Source: an uncultured Planctomycetaceae bacterium
GTDB lineage: Bacteria; Planctomycetota; Planctomycetia; Pirellulales; PALSA-1355
Length of the DNA: 64,000 bases
Reading direction: 5' to 3'
Assembly (NCBI GenBank): GCA_963785305.1
Contig: CAWAUV010000007.1
Span: 128,001 to 192,000, forward strand
Shown here: piece after piece, positions 41,954-51,746 of the stretch
Layout of the letters: each line of letters opens with the position of its first letter
How positions within the stretch are numbered: the stretch's first letter is position 1
Program-made: the position numbers and the translations under genes
Notes under the pieces: generated by a model
What the model saw: the letters and a program-made list of their open reading frames with translations, nothing else
Databases searched by the model: none
What the model was told of the DNA's origin: nothing

Positions 41954-42826
41954 TTACGACGCGAGGCGTTCCACGGTGAGCACGTCCAGCCGAGCCGCGT
42001 TGCTCGAACTGGCCGCCGACCAGGCGCCACTGACATAGACCGCGTTCGCGATCGTCGTGTTGAGCGTTGTGCTCGCAAGCAAGAACGGAGTCGGAACGGC
42101 CGTGCCCGGCACGCCTTCGACAGTCCAGCCTTCGGCGATCATCGTGCCGCCGGAGCCCGCCGTGCGGACAACGACCTGGCACTCGCCCACGAACAAGCCA
42201 TTGGCAAGGACGCTGACGGTTCCGGTCGCGACGAGGGCTGTCGTTCCGAGGTAAACCTTGATGTTCAAGGTCGGCGTCGAGGTTACGCCCGTCACGATGC
42301 CGGCGAACTTGATCTTGAGGATGTCGCCAGCCTTGAGCAGATTCGCCGGAACACTGAAATCGAGGCCAAAGTCGGTCTCGGTCGAAGTGTTGTTCAGCGA
42401 GGCGCTGGCTGCCGTGTTGCTGTAGAGGTACTCTTGACCTCCCTTGTTCCGCAGCACGATCAGATATTCGCCAGCGTTGGCGGTGGCGCCCCCGCCCGGA
42501 GTACCGAGCGAGATGCCGATGAAGTTGCCGTTGGGAGTGGCCGAGACTTGGCCACTGGCGGCGCCGTAGACGTTCGCGAATTGGTTGATGACCCCGGCGG
42601 CCACCATGATCGGCGCGCCTTCGGAGTTGGGCGTGAGCACAGGGGCCGTTGTTCCGCTGCCGACGCCCGTTGCCGGGACCGGCATGGCAACCGTGCCGAC
42701 TTCGCGGTCGGTCGCTCCGGCCAGAGCCAATGTACCGCTGCTCACGATCACGCGTAGATAGGGACTGAATCCGCCAGACTGCGGCAGGGGGATTGTCGCT
42801 GTTTCAAAACCTTGACCGAGGGCCAT
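41954..42826 (-). CDS. Capsid decoration/cement-like protein with C-terminal extension
   Basis: Gly/Ala/Thr-rich; lambda gpD position between protease and capsid. Confidence 0.6.
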   Translation of the reverse strand: MALGQGFETATIPLPQSGGFSPYLRVIVSSGTLALAGATDREVGTVAMPVPATGVGSGTTAPVLTPNSEGAPIMVAAGVINQFANVYGAASGQVSATPNGNFIGISLGTPGGGATANAGEYLIVLRNKGGQEYLYSNTAASASLNNTSTETDFGLDFSVPANLLKAGDILKIKFAGIVTGVTSTPTLNIKVYLGTTALVATGTVSVLANGLFVGECQVVVRTAGSGGTMIAEGWTVEGVPGTAVPTPFLLASTTLNTTIANAVYVSGAWSAASSSNAARLDVLTVERLAS

Positions 42827-42952
42827 TTGGGGATTTCCTTTCGCAAATCCCCTGCGGTAAATGTGATTTTGTTACGGTGATTCCCAGAGGTTTAGTGAAG
42901 CCGCGGCCGTCGCCGCGATTTCGCTCCGTGAATCGCCACTGGTTGTCGATGG

Positions 42953-44398
42953 TTACTCGGAATCAAACCGCTCGTCGATAATGTGACGCACCTTGCGGGG
43001 ATTGGTTGCGACCAGGGCTGCCTTGTGGAGCCGCGGATGCGTGCGCCCGACGACCTTGACTGCGCTTTGGCGGCTGCACCCCGAGAGCTTCATTTGCTCG
43101 CGGACGAGCTGGCTGAAACGCTGGTCCGGCGTGCATCCCGAGGATTCTTCCTCTTCGTCTTCCTCGTCGTCGATGTCGTCGCCGTTCTCGTCCTTGCGCT
43201 CTTTCTTGTTCTTGCCGCGCATGTCCTCATCTTCGTCGTCTTCCATTTTCTTGCCCTTGCCGACTACACGGGCGCCGGGCCGGCGAGCGTTGGCCACCTT
43301 TAGGTCCTGTTCGGCCTTTGCCTTGGCGTCGTTGGCTTCCTTGAGTTGCTTGGCGAGCGCGACGCCCCAAGCCTTTTGGGCCTGCGCAACCGTGGCGCCC
43401 GCCTTGAGCTGGGCAACATAGAACGCGGCGTCGGCGTCGGGGCATGCGTCTTGGAGTTCATTGAGGGTCGCCGGCGCCGGAACGACCGGAGCGGCCTGCG
43501 AAGGGGTGTTGTTGTCTTTGTCGGCGGCCATCTTTTTGGCTCCTTGAGACTGAAGTTGAGAAAGTGTTTCATCGAACGATTGAACGCCGTCGATCAGGCC
43601 GACTTTTTGGGCTGCTTCCCCGACGTGGACGCGGCCGTCGGCGAGTTGCTGAACGGACTTGACCGACATTTGTCGGCCAGCCGCGACGCCCGCGACGAAG
43701 TGATCGTTGAGTTGGTCGACGGTCGCCTGCCATTCAGCAAGATGCTCGTCGGTGATTTCGGTTCCGGGAGTCCCAGCTCCCTTATGGTCGCCTGCTCGAA
43801 CAACATGGACTTTGATCCCTTTCTTTTCAGAAGCCGCGCTCGTGTCCTGCATCACCATGAACGTGCCGATGCTGCCCACGATCGCGGTCGCGTTGGAATA
43901 GACCTTGCTGGCCTGCGACGCGACCCAATAGGCCGCGCTGGCGCAGAGATCCTCGATGTATGCCACGACCGGCTTTTGCTCATTCGCTGCGGTTACGTCG
44001 TCGGCCAGGTCCTTCGTGCCACTAACCGTCCCACCAGGCGAATCAATCAGCAGCAAAATTCCAGTTACGCTGTCGTCCGCGACAGCCGCCCTAATCTGTT
44101 GCCGGATTTCCACCGTGGATGTTCCGTCCGCGAGCGAGCTGTTGAACTTCATTAGCGAGCCGCTAACGTCGATCACAGCCACGCCGTTTGACACTTGGAA
44201 TCCGTTACGATTGCCCGAATATCCCGTGGGTCCGGCCGCCTTCACATGCGCGAGCAAATCAATCTGACCGACCACATCAAGCCGCGAGAGCAGGGCTTCG
44301 GGCTGAATGGCCCACACCCCGAAATAATCGGTCATACGCGGCACGATTGCTCGCACCTGATCGACCGAGATTTGGAACTCGCGCGAATTGTCAGCCAT
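42953..44398 (-). CDS. S49 prohead protease with scaffold C-terminus (gpC/Nu3-like)
   Basis: IDSPGG, CASAAYW, VGSIG; charged C-terminus. Confidence 0.92.
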   Translation of the reverse strand: MADNSREFQISVDQVRAIVPRMTDYFGVWAIQPEALLSRLDVVGQIDLLAHVKAAGPTGYSGNRNGFQVSNGVAVIDVSGSLMKFNSSLADGTSTVEIRQQIRAAVADDSVTGILLLIDSPGGTVSGTKDLADDVTAANEQKPVVAYIEDLCASAAYWVASQASKVYSNATAIVGSIGTFMVMQDTSAASEKKGIKVHVVRAGDHKGAGTPGTEITDEHLAEWQATVDQLNDHFVAGVAAGRQMSVKSVQQLADGRVHVGEAAQKVGLIDGVQSFDETLSQLQSQGAKKMAADKDNNTPSQAAPVVPAPATLNELQDACPDADAAFYVAQLKAGATVAQAQKAWGVALAKQLKEANDAKAKAEQDLKVANARRPGARVVGKGKKMEDDEDEDMRGKNKKERKDENGDDIDDEEDEEEESSGCTPDQRFSQLVREQMKLSGCSRQSAVKVVGRTHPRLHKAALVATNPRKVRHIIDERFDSE

Positions 44399-46007
44399 TG
44401 GTCATGCTCCCGGCGGCCTGGGGCTCGGCGCTTTCCGGCGCCATCGTGATCGTCAAGCCGTCCGGCGTCGGCGTGCTTAACACCTCGCGCCAGTGAACAG
44501 GGCGGCCATCATTGATTTCTTCATTGATCTGCTGCGCCGCCAGCTTGGCCTTGCGAATTGCCAGTGCGTTGTCTTCCACGATCTCGGTAGAAAGCTGGTC
44601 CCAGTCGCGTCCACGCTCGCGGTGCAGCCGGCGTTGGCTCGTGAGCCCATTGCGAATCCGCAGCAGGTCGGCCGAAGCGTCCTTGAGCGGTTCGATGTAA
44701 GCCCAGCTTGGACACTGCCAGCGGTGTCCGTAGACGTCGATGCCTTGCCGCTTGGCTGCCTTGGCGATCGCAGGGTCGTCGAACATCCACTGGCGAACCT
44801 TCCACACGTAGACCGGCTTATGGAATCTCTCGATCAGCCATCGCTGGTTGCGACGAAAGCCCTTTCGGGCCTCGTCGACCGCCCCGCGAAAGCCTGAAAA
44901 ATTCGTCTCGCTGGCGTCCATCAATAGCATCACAAGTGGCATTCCGAGGTTGATTCCCACCAGAGTCAGCATCAGCTTGGCGTGGTCGAAAAACTCGGCA
45001 TTGGGGATTCCCGGGCTGAACCCCTCGATTTTCTCGCCCTGGTCCGCCTTGATCTGCATGCCCGGGGTGATCGCTTCGCTGATTCGCGTGCTCCCGTCGA
45101 ATCGCTGCGAACTTTGCTGGGCGCCATACTGTTGGTCCACGCTCGGCATCGTGTCCTGGTTCATCCCAGGCGTGCGGATAATGGCGAAGCAACTCACGGC
45201 TTGCTGCTGGACGATCTTGGCGAAGTTGATGTCCTCCCACATGCCGGCCACGTCGAACACGGGCGCCAGGGCCGTGACGCCGCGGGTCTGACTGACTCGC
45301 TTCGGGTCGAAGATATGCACGACTTGCCGGAAGCCTTGCGCGTCCCGCACGGGGTAACGGTCGATTTCGCTGACAAGTTTGATAATGTGCAGTGGGTCGA
45401 CATCATTTTTCGTGAACCAATACTCGATTCGCTCGCGGTTGTCGTCCATCATCACGCCATGAATGACGTTCCGCCTTGTTCGCTGCGGCGTCCGGCAGCG
45501 GTGTCCTTCGACGAGTTCAATCGCGCCGGTTGGCTTGAGCAGCCCCATGATGTCGCCGTCGACCATCGTTTGGCGGAGTACGTCGTGCTCCATGTCATGG
45601 AAGCTGCGCTCTTTGGCCTGGTCGGCCTGGTCCGGGTCGCTCGCCCAATCGTTCCAGCGGTCGAAAAGCTCTTTGTTGAGCCCGTCGTCGCCGGTCTGAA
45701 CGTCGATCCCAAACCCTTCCTGAATCGTGTTGTTCACTGCACGGTCGATGGCCTGCCCGATGACGGCATCATTGCGGGCCATGTCCCGCGCTTGCTCCAT
45801 CATCCGGAGATACTGGAGCTGGATGCGGTAGTGCCAATCAGCACTCGACCCCATCGCCAGATAACCCGTGCGGTTCCGGCGATAGATCGACCACTTGCTG
45901 GCGTCGTAGTCTGCTCGCGCCTCGTCTGCCTTGGCTTCGCGCGACTCACGTTTGAGCCGCGCAAAGGCGCCGGCGAGTGTTTCTTCTTTCGGGCGCCGGA
46001 CGGCCAT
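44391..46007 (-). CDS. Portal protein, lambda gpB family
   Basis: ARDMARND, QTRGVTALAP, TNFSGFR, YIEPLKD. Confidence 0.93.
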   Translation of the reverse strand: MAVRRPKEETLAGAFARLKRESREAKADEARADYDASKWSIYRRNRTGYLAMGSSADWHYRIQLQYLRMMEQARDMARNDAVIGQAIDRAVNNTIQEGFGIDVQTGDDGLNKELFDRWNDWASDPDQADQAKERSFHDMEHDVLRQTMVDGDIMGLLKPTGAIELVEGHRCRTPQRTRRNVIHGVMMDDNRERIEYWFTKNDVDPLHIIKLVSEIDRYPVRDAQGFRQVVHIFDPKRVSQTRGVTALAPVFDVAGMWEDINFAKIVQQQAVSCFAIIRTPGMNQDTMPSVDQQYGAQQSSQRFDGSTRISEAITPGMQIKADQGEKIEGFSPGIPNAEFFDHAKLMLTLVGINLGMPLVMLLMDASETNFSGFRGAVDEARKGFRRNQRWLIERFHKPVYVWKVRQWMFDDPAIAKAAKRQGIDVYGHRWQCPSWAYIEPLKDASADLLRIRNGLTSQRRLHRERGRDWDQLSTEIVEDNALAIRKAKLAAQQINEEINDGRPVHWREVLSTPTPDGLTITMAPESAEPQAAGSMTNG

Positions 46008-46336
46008 CACGTCGGCGCCTCCAGCGGATCATCATTGCCGAGCGGGAAGGCCCGTCCGCGGAAACTCGAATCTGTCCCCAGAACTTTGACGCCGCCGGCG
46101 AGGCGGGTCATTCGGTAGACGTAGATTCGCGCCCGGTCGATCTCGCTTTGCAGTGTTCGGTTGTTGATGGCGAGCGTGCTGCCCTGATTGCCAATCGCGT
46201 CCGGGCGCAGAACCATCAAGGCTTGCGCGGCCTGAACGAAGATTTCCGCTGAGGCAACGCCGCCGTTGTACTCATAGCCCGAGTACGCGAGATAATCGGC
46301 TTGCGCTGCGGCGAGCGTGGTGTAGGGTGGAGCCAT
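46007..46336 (-). CDS. Head completion (gpW-position) protein
   Basis: Small ORF coupled to the portal start. Confidence 0.55.
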   Translation of the reverse strand: MAPPYTTLAAAQADYLAYSGYEYNGGVASAEIFVQAAQALMVLRPDAIGNQGSTLAINNRTLQSEIDRARIYVYRMTRLAGGVKVLGTDSSFRGRAFPLGNDDPLEAPT

Positions 46337-47132
46337 CACCGGAATGATACCGATGGCTTGGCGTTCTCAGCTCGCCGAAAGAGGGCGTGGGCGCGAAAGA
46401 GCGCGAAAGAGGTTTGCCGTATTGCCGCCACCCAATAGACGATGGTGATTCTGAGTTTGGGCCCGTTATGCGTTGGGGCGGGTGTTTGGACTTGGCCGCG
46501 CCCAATGCGGCCAGTCGGTTTTGGAAACCTCAATTTTGACGTTGATCCGGACCTTTGAATTCCGAGATGGCAGTCTCGGACCTTCATGGCGGGAAACTCG
46601 GGCAAAAACGGGGCATGATCCGTCGGTTGTCGGAAAACGAACGAATTGGAGGTCCAGCTTGATTGGGCAGCCCCAACGATCATGGCGCGTCGGTGTGTTG
46701 CTGCCGGAGCGCGCAAGTCATGGTGGGCTCTCAGCAATACGGGCGGGAGGAGCGAGGACGTCCGCGCGGGAAACTGATTTGTAACAGCAGAGGAATTAGT
46801 TACCGCGGTCGAGCCAATTATTGGCGATCTTGAGGCGAGGCTGACGGCTTGCGAAGCCAAGATTGGCATTGGGCCCAAATGACCGACAGGGGTCGAATGT
46901 CCCGCACGCGAGGCGGCTGGATTGCTAGCCGATGCTTTGGGCGACACACTCGGCCGGCCGCGTAGCAATCAAGCCAATCGTTCGTTCCGAAGCGCGCTTC
47001 GGCCACATTGACTGGTGCTTTGAAATACGCCGCAATGTGCGTCAATCGCCGTCAGGCATCTTGACGCAGGTGATTTCTACCAGCCTAATGACTGCCGGAA
47101 ATACCTCCCCGCAGCTCGCCCGGAGTGGATTT

Positions 47133-48089
47133 GTGGAACTGCCATTCTTCTCGGCCGACTCTCTCGACGACGTCATGCGAGCCGTCTTTCAGGCAATTGA
47201 TGAGCATGGTGTGCCGAATCAACCATCAAAAGGCCCGAATCGTGAGCTAATCGGAGCCCATTTCCGTCTGAGCAATCCACTTGCGCGACTCAGTCGCACG
47301 GAGGGAAGAGGCAAGATATTTAGTTGCCTGGGCGAACTCTGTTGGTACCTCGCGGGACGGAATGATGCTGAGTTCATCTCGTACTACATACCTGAGTACC
47401 TGAAGTTAGCGGAGGATGGCGCGCTCTACGGTGGATACGGACCACGCCTGTATGGCTGGAATGGTCAAAATCAGATTGACAACGTTCTCGCCCTACTGAG
47501 AGTAAAGCCAGATTCGCGCCGCGCGGTGATTCAGTTATTTGATGCCGTCGATATCTCAGTCCATCACGAAGATGTTCCATGTACGTGCACCCTTCAGTTC
47601 ATGGTCCGCGACAACGCTTTGCACATGGTTACAAACATGCGGTCCAACGACGCTTACATCGGTCTCCCGCACGACGTTTTTTGCTTTACGATGCTACAAG
47701 AAATTGTTGCCAGAACTCTGTCGATCAATCTAGGGCTATACTGTCATACGGCCGGAAGCCTGCATCTATACAATAAGGATGACGCATCGGCCAAGCGTTT
47801 TCTTAAGGAAGGCTGGCAGTCTACAACCATAATGCCAGAGATGCCACGCTGCGATCCCGCCCCATCGATCCAGTGCCTTCTTCAGGCAGAGGAGAGTCTT
47901 CGCTCGGGCAATACATCAGTCCAGGACTTGGAGGATTGGGATGATTATTGGGCCGATCTCGCACGCTTACTCCTGATCTTCCGACTCGCAAAGAATAAGG
48001 ATAGCGCAGGCGTCGCGCGACTTCGCTCCGATATGGTTTCGCAGGTTTACGACGTTTTCATTGACGCTAAGCTACAAAGTCTTACCTGA
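47133..48089 (+). CDS. Thymidylate synthase-fold enzyme (dCMP-hydroxymethylase-like)
   Basis: YGPR, SRRA, PC catalytic Cys, MRSND, GLPHD, GSLHLY. Confidence 0.88.
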   Translation: MELPFFSADSLDDVMRAVFQAIDEHGVPNQPSKGPNRELIGAHFRLSNPLARLSRTEGRGKIFSCLGELCWYLAGRNDAEFISYYIPEYLKLAEDGALYGGYGPRLYGWNGQNQIDNVLALLRVKPDSRRAVIQLFDAVDISVHHEDVPCTCTLQFMVRDNALHMVTNMRSNDAYIGLPHDVFCFTMLQEIVARTLSINLGLYCHTAGSLHLYNKDDASAKRFLKEGWQSTTIMPEMPRCDPAPSIQCLLQAEESLRSGNTSVQDLEDWDDYWADLARLLLIFRLAKNKDSAGVARLRSDMVSQVYDVFIDAKLQSLT

Positions 48090-48149
48090 GCAGGTCCGGA
48101 GGCAGAACTATCCAGCCTATCATTCTCACCACACTCAAACGAGCAATCC

Positions 48150-48950
48150 ATGTACTCAACTATCACCGCGTTACTAAATAGACTCGACAGTCCAGCATTT
48201 GCGGGAACAGGTGTCATCAAGTGGGGTTGCCCGGTGCCGACGTTTGGCGATCCGGCCAACGCGAGAATTGCCACTCTAGGAATAAATCCTAGTAACCGCG
48301 AATTCGTTGATCAACTCGGTAAGGAACTTGATGGTCGCGAACGGCGATTTCACACACTCAAATCACTTGGGCTATCGAAGTGGGCCGAGGCGGATTTGCG
48401 CCATATCGAACAAATCACTGAATCCTGCACGCAGTACTTCCAACGCAATCCCTACAATTTGTGGTTCAAGCGGCTTGAATACGTCGTTGCGGCCATGAAG
48501 GCCACATTCTATGGAGCCGCCCCATCAGCCTGCCATTTAGATCTCGTTCCTTACGCTACTGCCCACAAATGGACTGAACTGTCATCGCGCCAGCGTACTT
48601 CGCTCTTCGCGGTTTCGAAGGATGCGCTCGCACGTATTCTTGTGGACGCGCCTGTGAGCGTACTCATACTTAACGGACGCTCAGTCGTTAAGCATTTTCA
48701 ACTCCTCACTGGCGTCTGTCTTCATCCGCAACACGTCCACGGTTGGCGTCTCAAACGACGGTCAAGTGCCGATATCAGTGGAATTGCCTATATGGGGACC
48801 ACTGAAGTACTATCCGGTCTCGATTTGGGGCGCCGCATTCTAATTTTAGGTTTCAACCACAATCTTCAAAGCAGCTACGGAGTCACTGCTGACGCGATTA
48901 ACGCCATTCGAACATGGCTTGCTCATTCGTCGGAGGAGGTACTTGCTTGA
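48150..48950 (+). CDS. Uracil-DNA glycosylase-fold protein (putative)
   Basis: PTFGD..A.IATLGINPS resembles UDG-superfamily motif A; HLDLVPYAT; LILNG. Confidence 0.55.
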   Translation: MYSTITALLNRLDSPAFAGTGVIKWGCPVPTFGDPANARIATLGINPSNREFVDQLGKELDGRERRFHTLKSLGLSKWAEADLRHIEQITESCTQYFQRNPYNLWFKRLEYVVAAMKATFYGAAPSACHLDLVPYATAHKWTELSSRQRTSLFAVSKDALARILVDAPVSVLILNGRSVVKHFQLLTGVCLHPQHVHGWRLKRRSSADISGIAYMGTTEVLSGLDLGRRILILGFNHNLQSSYGVTADAINAIRTWLAHSSEEVLA

Positions 48951-49882
48951 GGCCCCGCGATCGACAACGCGCTCAACAGCTTGAGGATGCGCTACTGGCT
49001 TTTCACGGTGAGAGATTCCCACTCCTGGGAATCCAAGACCGATCAGCCAGGGGCTGTCTCCTTGAACAGATGATGGAGAGCATTCATCGGGTCAGATACG
49101 TTGCGACAATTCGGGGTCGTTACATATGCGATGCTCGTCGTGACCCAAGTAGCGAGCTGTTCGACCCACTCAAGGCAGCGATATTGTTCCAACGGGACGG
49201 TCTTCTCGACGAAGCATTCTGGATGGTGTTTCTGTTCGTTCACTTTGGCCACAATTCCCGCGGTGGTTGGCGGTACGCTCGCGAAATATACGGGCGCCTC
49301 GGCGATGGCCATCTCTGGGATTGGGCTTCTACAAGTACCGATCCATCCGGCTTTCGAAAATGGTTAAACGCGAATCAGAATCAATTGAAACGAGCAGGCG
49401 TGCCGGGCGGCTTTGGCAATCATCGAAAATACGAAAGCCTTGAATCTTTAGGCCCCAACGGCACCGGTCAAGTCATTGATAGTTACGTGCGATGGGTAAA
49501 CGCGCAGCGGACACATGCGGTCATGTGTGAACAGGCACTCCATGATGCAGGCGGCGATACCATGCTGGCGTTCGACCACCTGTACAAATCAATGGGAAAC
49601 ATCGCTCGGTTCGGCCGAACAGCCAAATTCGATTACTTATGCATGATTGCGAAGCTTGAACTGGCTGCAATTAAGCCGGGTTCCGCGTACTTGTCGGACT
49701 CTACAGGTCCGCTCAAAGGTGCGCGATTGCTCTTTGGCGGACAACCTGCAATCCGGCCGCGAGACGCAGACGACCGACTTGTTGAATTGGACGGTGCCCT
49801 TCAGGTCGGCATGCAGGTCTTGGAGGACTCCCTCTGCAATTGGCAAAAGAGTCCGACTGCGTTCGTCCAATTTCGTGGCTAG
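48947..49882 (+). CDS. Alpha-glutamyl/putrescinyl thymine pyrophosphorylase clade 3-like protein
   Basis: EAFWMVFL..HFG, FGNHRKYESL, FGRTAKFDYL, TGPLKGA, MQVLEDSLCNWQK. Confidence 0.7.
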   Translation: MRPRDRQRAQQLEDALLAFHGERFPLLGIQDRSARGCLLEQMMESIHRVRYVATIRGRYICDARRDPSSELFDPLKAAILFQRDGLLDEAFWMVFLFVHFGHNSRGGWRYAREIYGRLGDGHLWDWASTSTDPSGFRKWLNANQNQLKRAGVPGGFGNHRKYESLESLGPNGTGQVIDSYVRWVNAQRTHAVMCEQALHDAGGDTMLAFDHLYKSMGNIARFGRTAKFDYLCMIAKLELAAIKPGSAYLSDSTGPLKGARLLFGGQPAIRPRDADDRLVELDGALQVGMQVLEDSLCNWQKSPTAFVQFRG

Positions 49883-50986
49883 AGCGTTACTTCATCCCAG
49901 GCATAGCGCGCCTTGAGGGCGTTCATATGATTCGGACGAATCTTACCTGCGTGCTGCAACTGGCCGACAACAATTCCTCGGGATACGCCAATTCGCCTCG
50001 CAAATCTCATGATCGCACGCGCATCCCGCGGAAGTCCGAGCATTTCATTTTGAAACTCGTCAGGTATTAGCGCTCTTTGAGCGAATGCATTCGCTTCGTC
50101 TTCATCTTTCGATTGACCTGTATCGTCACCTTCCAAATAGAGTTCATCTTCCCTAAACAACTGACCTTGCAGATGCAGCAGCAAGTGACCTGTTTCGTGA
50201 AAAAATGTGAACCACAAGTGGTCGTCGGTTAGGAATCTAAAACTAAGCTGCAATACGGCCTTCTCTGGATTGATAAAGCGCGCTGCACCGCTTGAACGGC
50301 AGCCTGTCGGGCATTCTGACGACAACAACGGCAACGCCGCATTCCGCACAGACTTTCTGAAGGGCTGGCAGAAATCGTCGAGGATCCTTTTCGCGAGTGA
50401 GGGACCTTATTGCAGCGAGGCGCTTTTCGAAGGCATTCGCATTCCATTTTTGACAAAGAATCTTGTCAGCCTCGATCTCACCCTGACGGAGCCATGCCGC
50501 TGTCGCTGCCGGCCAAGACTCAAACGACGCCGACGTTCGAAATGCGACCATGTTCTGAATGGACGAGCACATGGCGAGCAACGCATTCTTGTCTGGAACA
50601 TTGAAAAACTGGCAGCACGCTGCCAATTCTTCAGACGGACGCGGGGCTCCGTTTAGCCAGCCGAATCGAATCATGTCGCCCAAGGGGAGCTTGCGAAGCA
50701 GCTCCTTTTCGTCGACGGAAGCTCTATCGAGTTCCCGCCGATACTGAAAATCACGCGACATCCAAAATTCAACGGATCCGCCAACCGTTCGTTGAAGACT
50801 CCTCGCGATTGCTATGCTTATTGTTGCCCTTCCTTCTAGCAAAGCGCGAACGTCATCAGCACTTTGACCCAGCTGACTCGCAAGTGCGGCCTCCGACAAG
50901 CCTTTGTCCTCCATAACATCCGCGATGGTGTCGCCTGGAGACGATGTCCAGTCGGGGCAAAATCCTTTAGGCCGGGGCGCGCTCAT
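49879..50986 (-). pseudogene. HigA-type HTH-ImmA/IrrE peptidase, frameshift near 50315
   Basis: SPGDTI HTH, AAWLRQGE; continues in another frame SGAARF...WFTFFHETGH...EDEANAFA. Confidence 0.8.
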
Positions 50987-51297
50987 TCAATCCTCATGAT
51001 CTTTAAACGACGGACGCGAGACCAGTCGATCGCTCCGTCTTGATTTACTGGGTTCGTCTGGTGGTTGGCTTCGAAGATAAGGGAAGTTCCGTTGCCAAGG
51101 TCCAACTGCATTAGCTCGAAGTTTCCCTCGACCGCCCGCGGCCGGCCAGCGACGAGATCCTCGACTGATAACGCTGCGCTAAGGTCCGCGAGACGATTGC
51201 GCAGCTTCTTTGCAACATCGGGACCGAGTTGGGCATTCGCCTCGGTTTCGCTCTCGCAGATCGTGCGAAAGGGTCTGGAATCAAACGCGAGTTCCAA
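50983..51297 (-). CDS. HigB/RelE-like toxin
   Basis: LELAFDSR...AKKLRNRLADL..A; ATGA overlap with the HigA-like gene. Confidence 0.7.
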   Translation of the reverse strand: MELAFDSRPFRTICESETEANAQLGPDVAKKLRNRLADLSAALSVEDLVAGRPRAVEGNFELMQLDLGNGTSLIFEANHQTNPVNQDGAIDWSRVRRLKIMRIE

Positions 51298-51746
51298 CCT
51301 AGAGCCTTTCGAGTAACTTGATCTCGGGACGGAACGTGAGAAGTGATCGGCGTCACGAGAACCACCTGAACGCGCTCTGCGAGGACAAATTGCGAGGGCC
51401 GTTTGATTGCTTACGGGACTGCAACTCCTATAATACCAAATGTCCGCACGCATGCACTCCCTTCCGAAATCGGTGGTGTCTTAAGATCGTGTTGCTGGTT
51501 TCAAGAACCGCCCGGAGTTGCCTTCCCCGGTAGTGGGTCAATCTGAAATCCGCCTTGAACCATTGAGTGATACGGCCGCCACAATAGCAATTGCGCTTCC
51601 AAGGCTGGCGACGAAAAAATCTTCGAGAAAGTCCTTATTGCGCATCATGCGTGCGGCTGCGTGAATGGTCAGCATAAGGGAAAATAACAATACGAGGATC
51701 ACCTGCCGTCGTTTCATCATTGCGAGACTCGTGATTAGTGGTTTGG

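Noticed and set aside
46336..47130. ORFs between the gpW-position gene and the synthase
   Set aside because: Low-complexity translations without RBS or motifs; possibly a decayed gene but unsupported.
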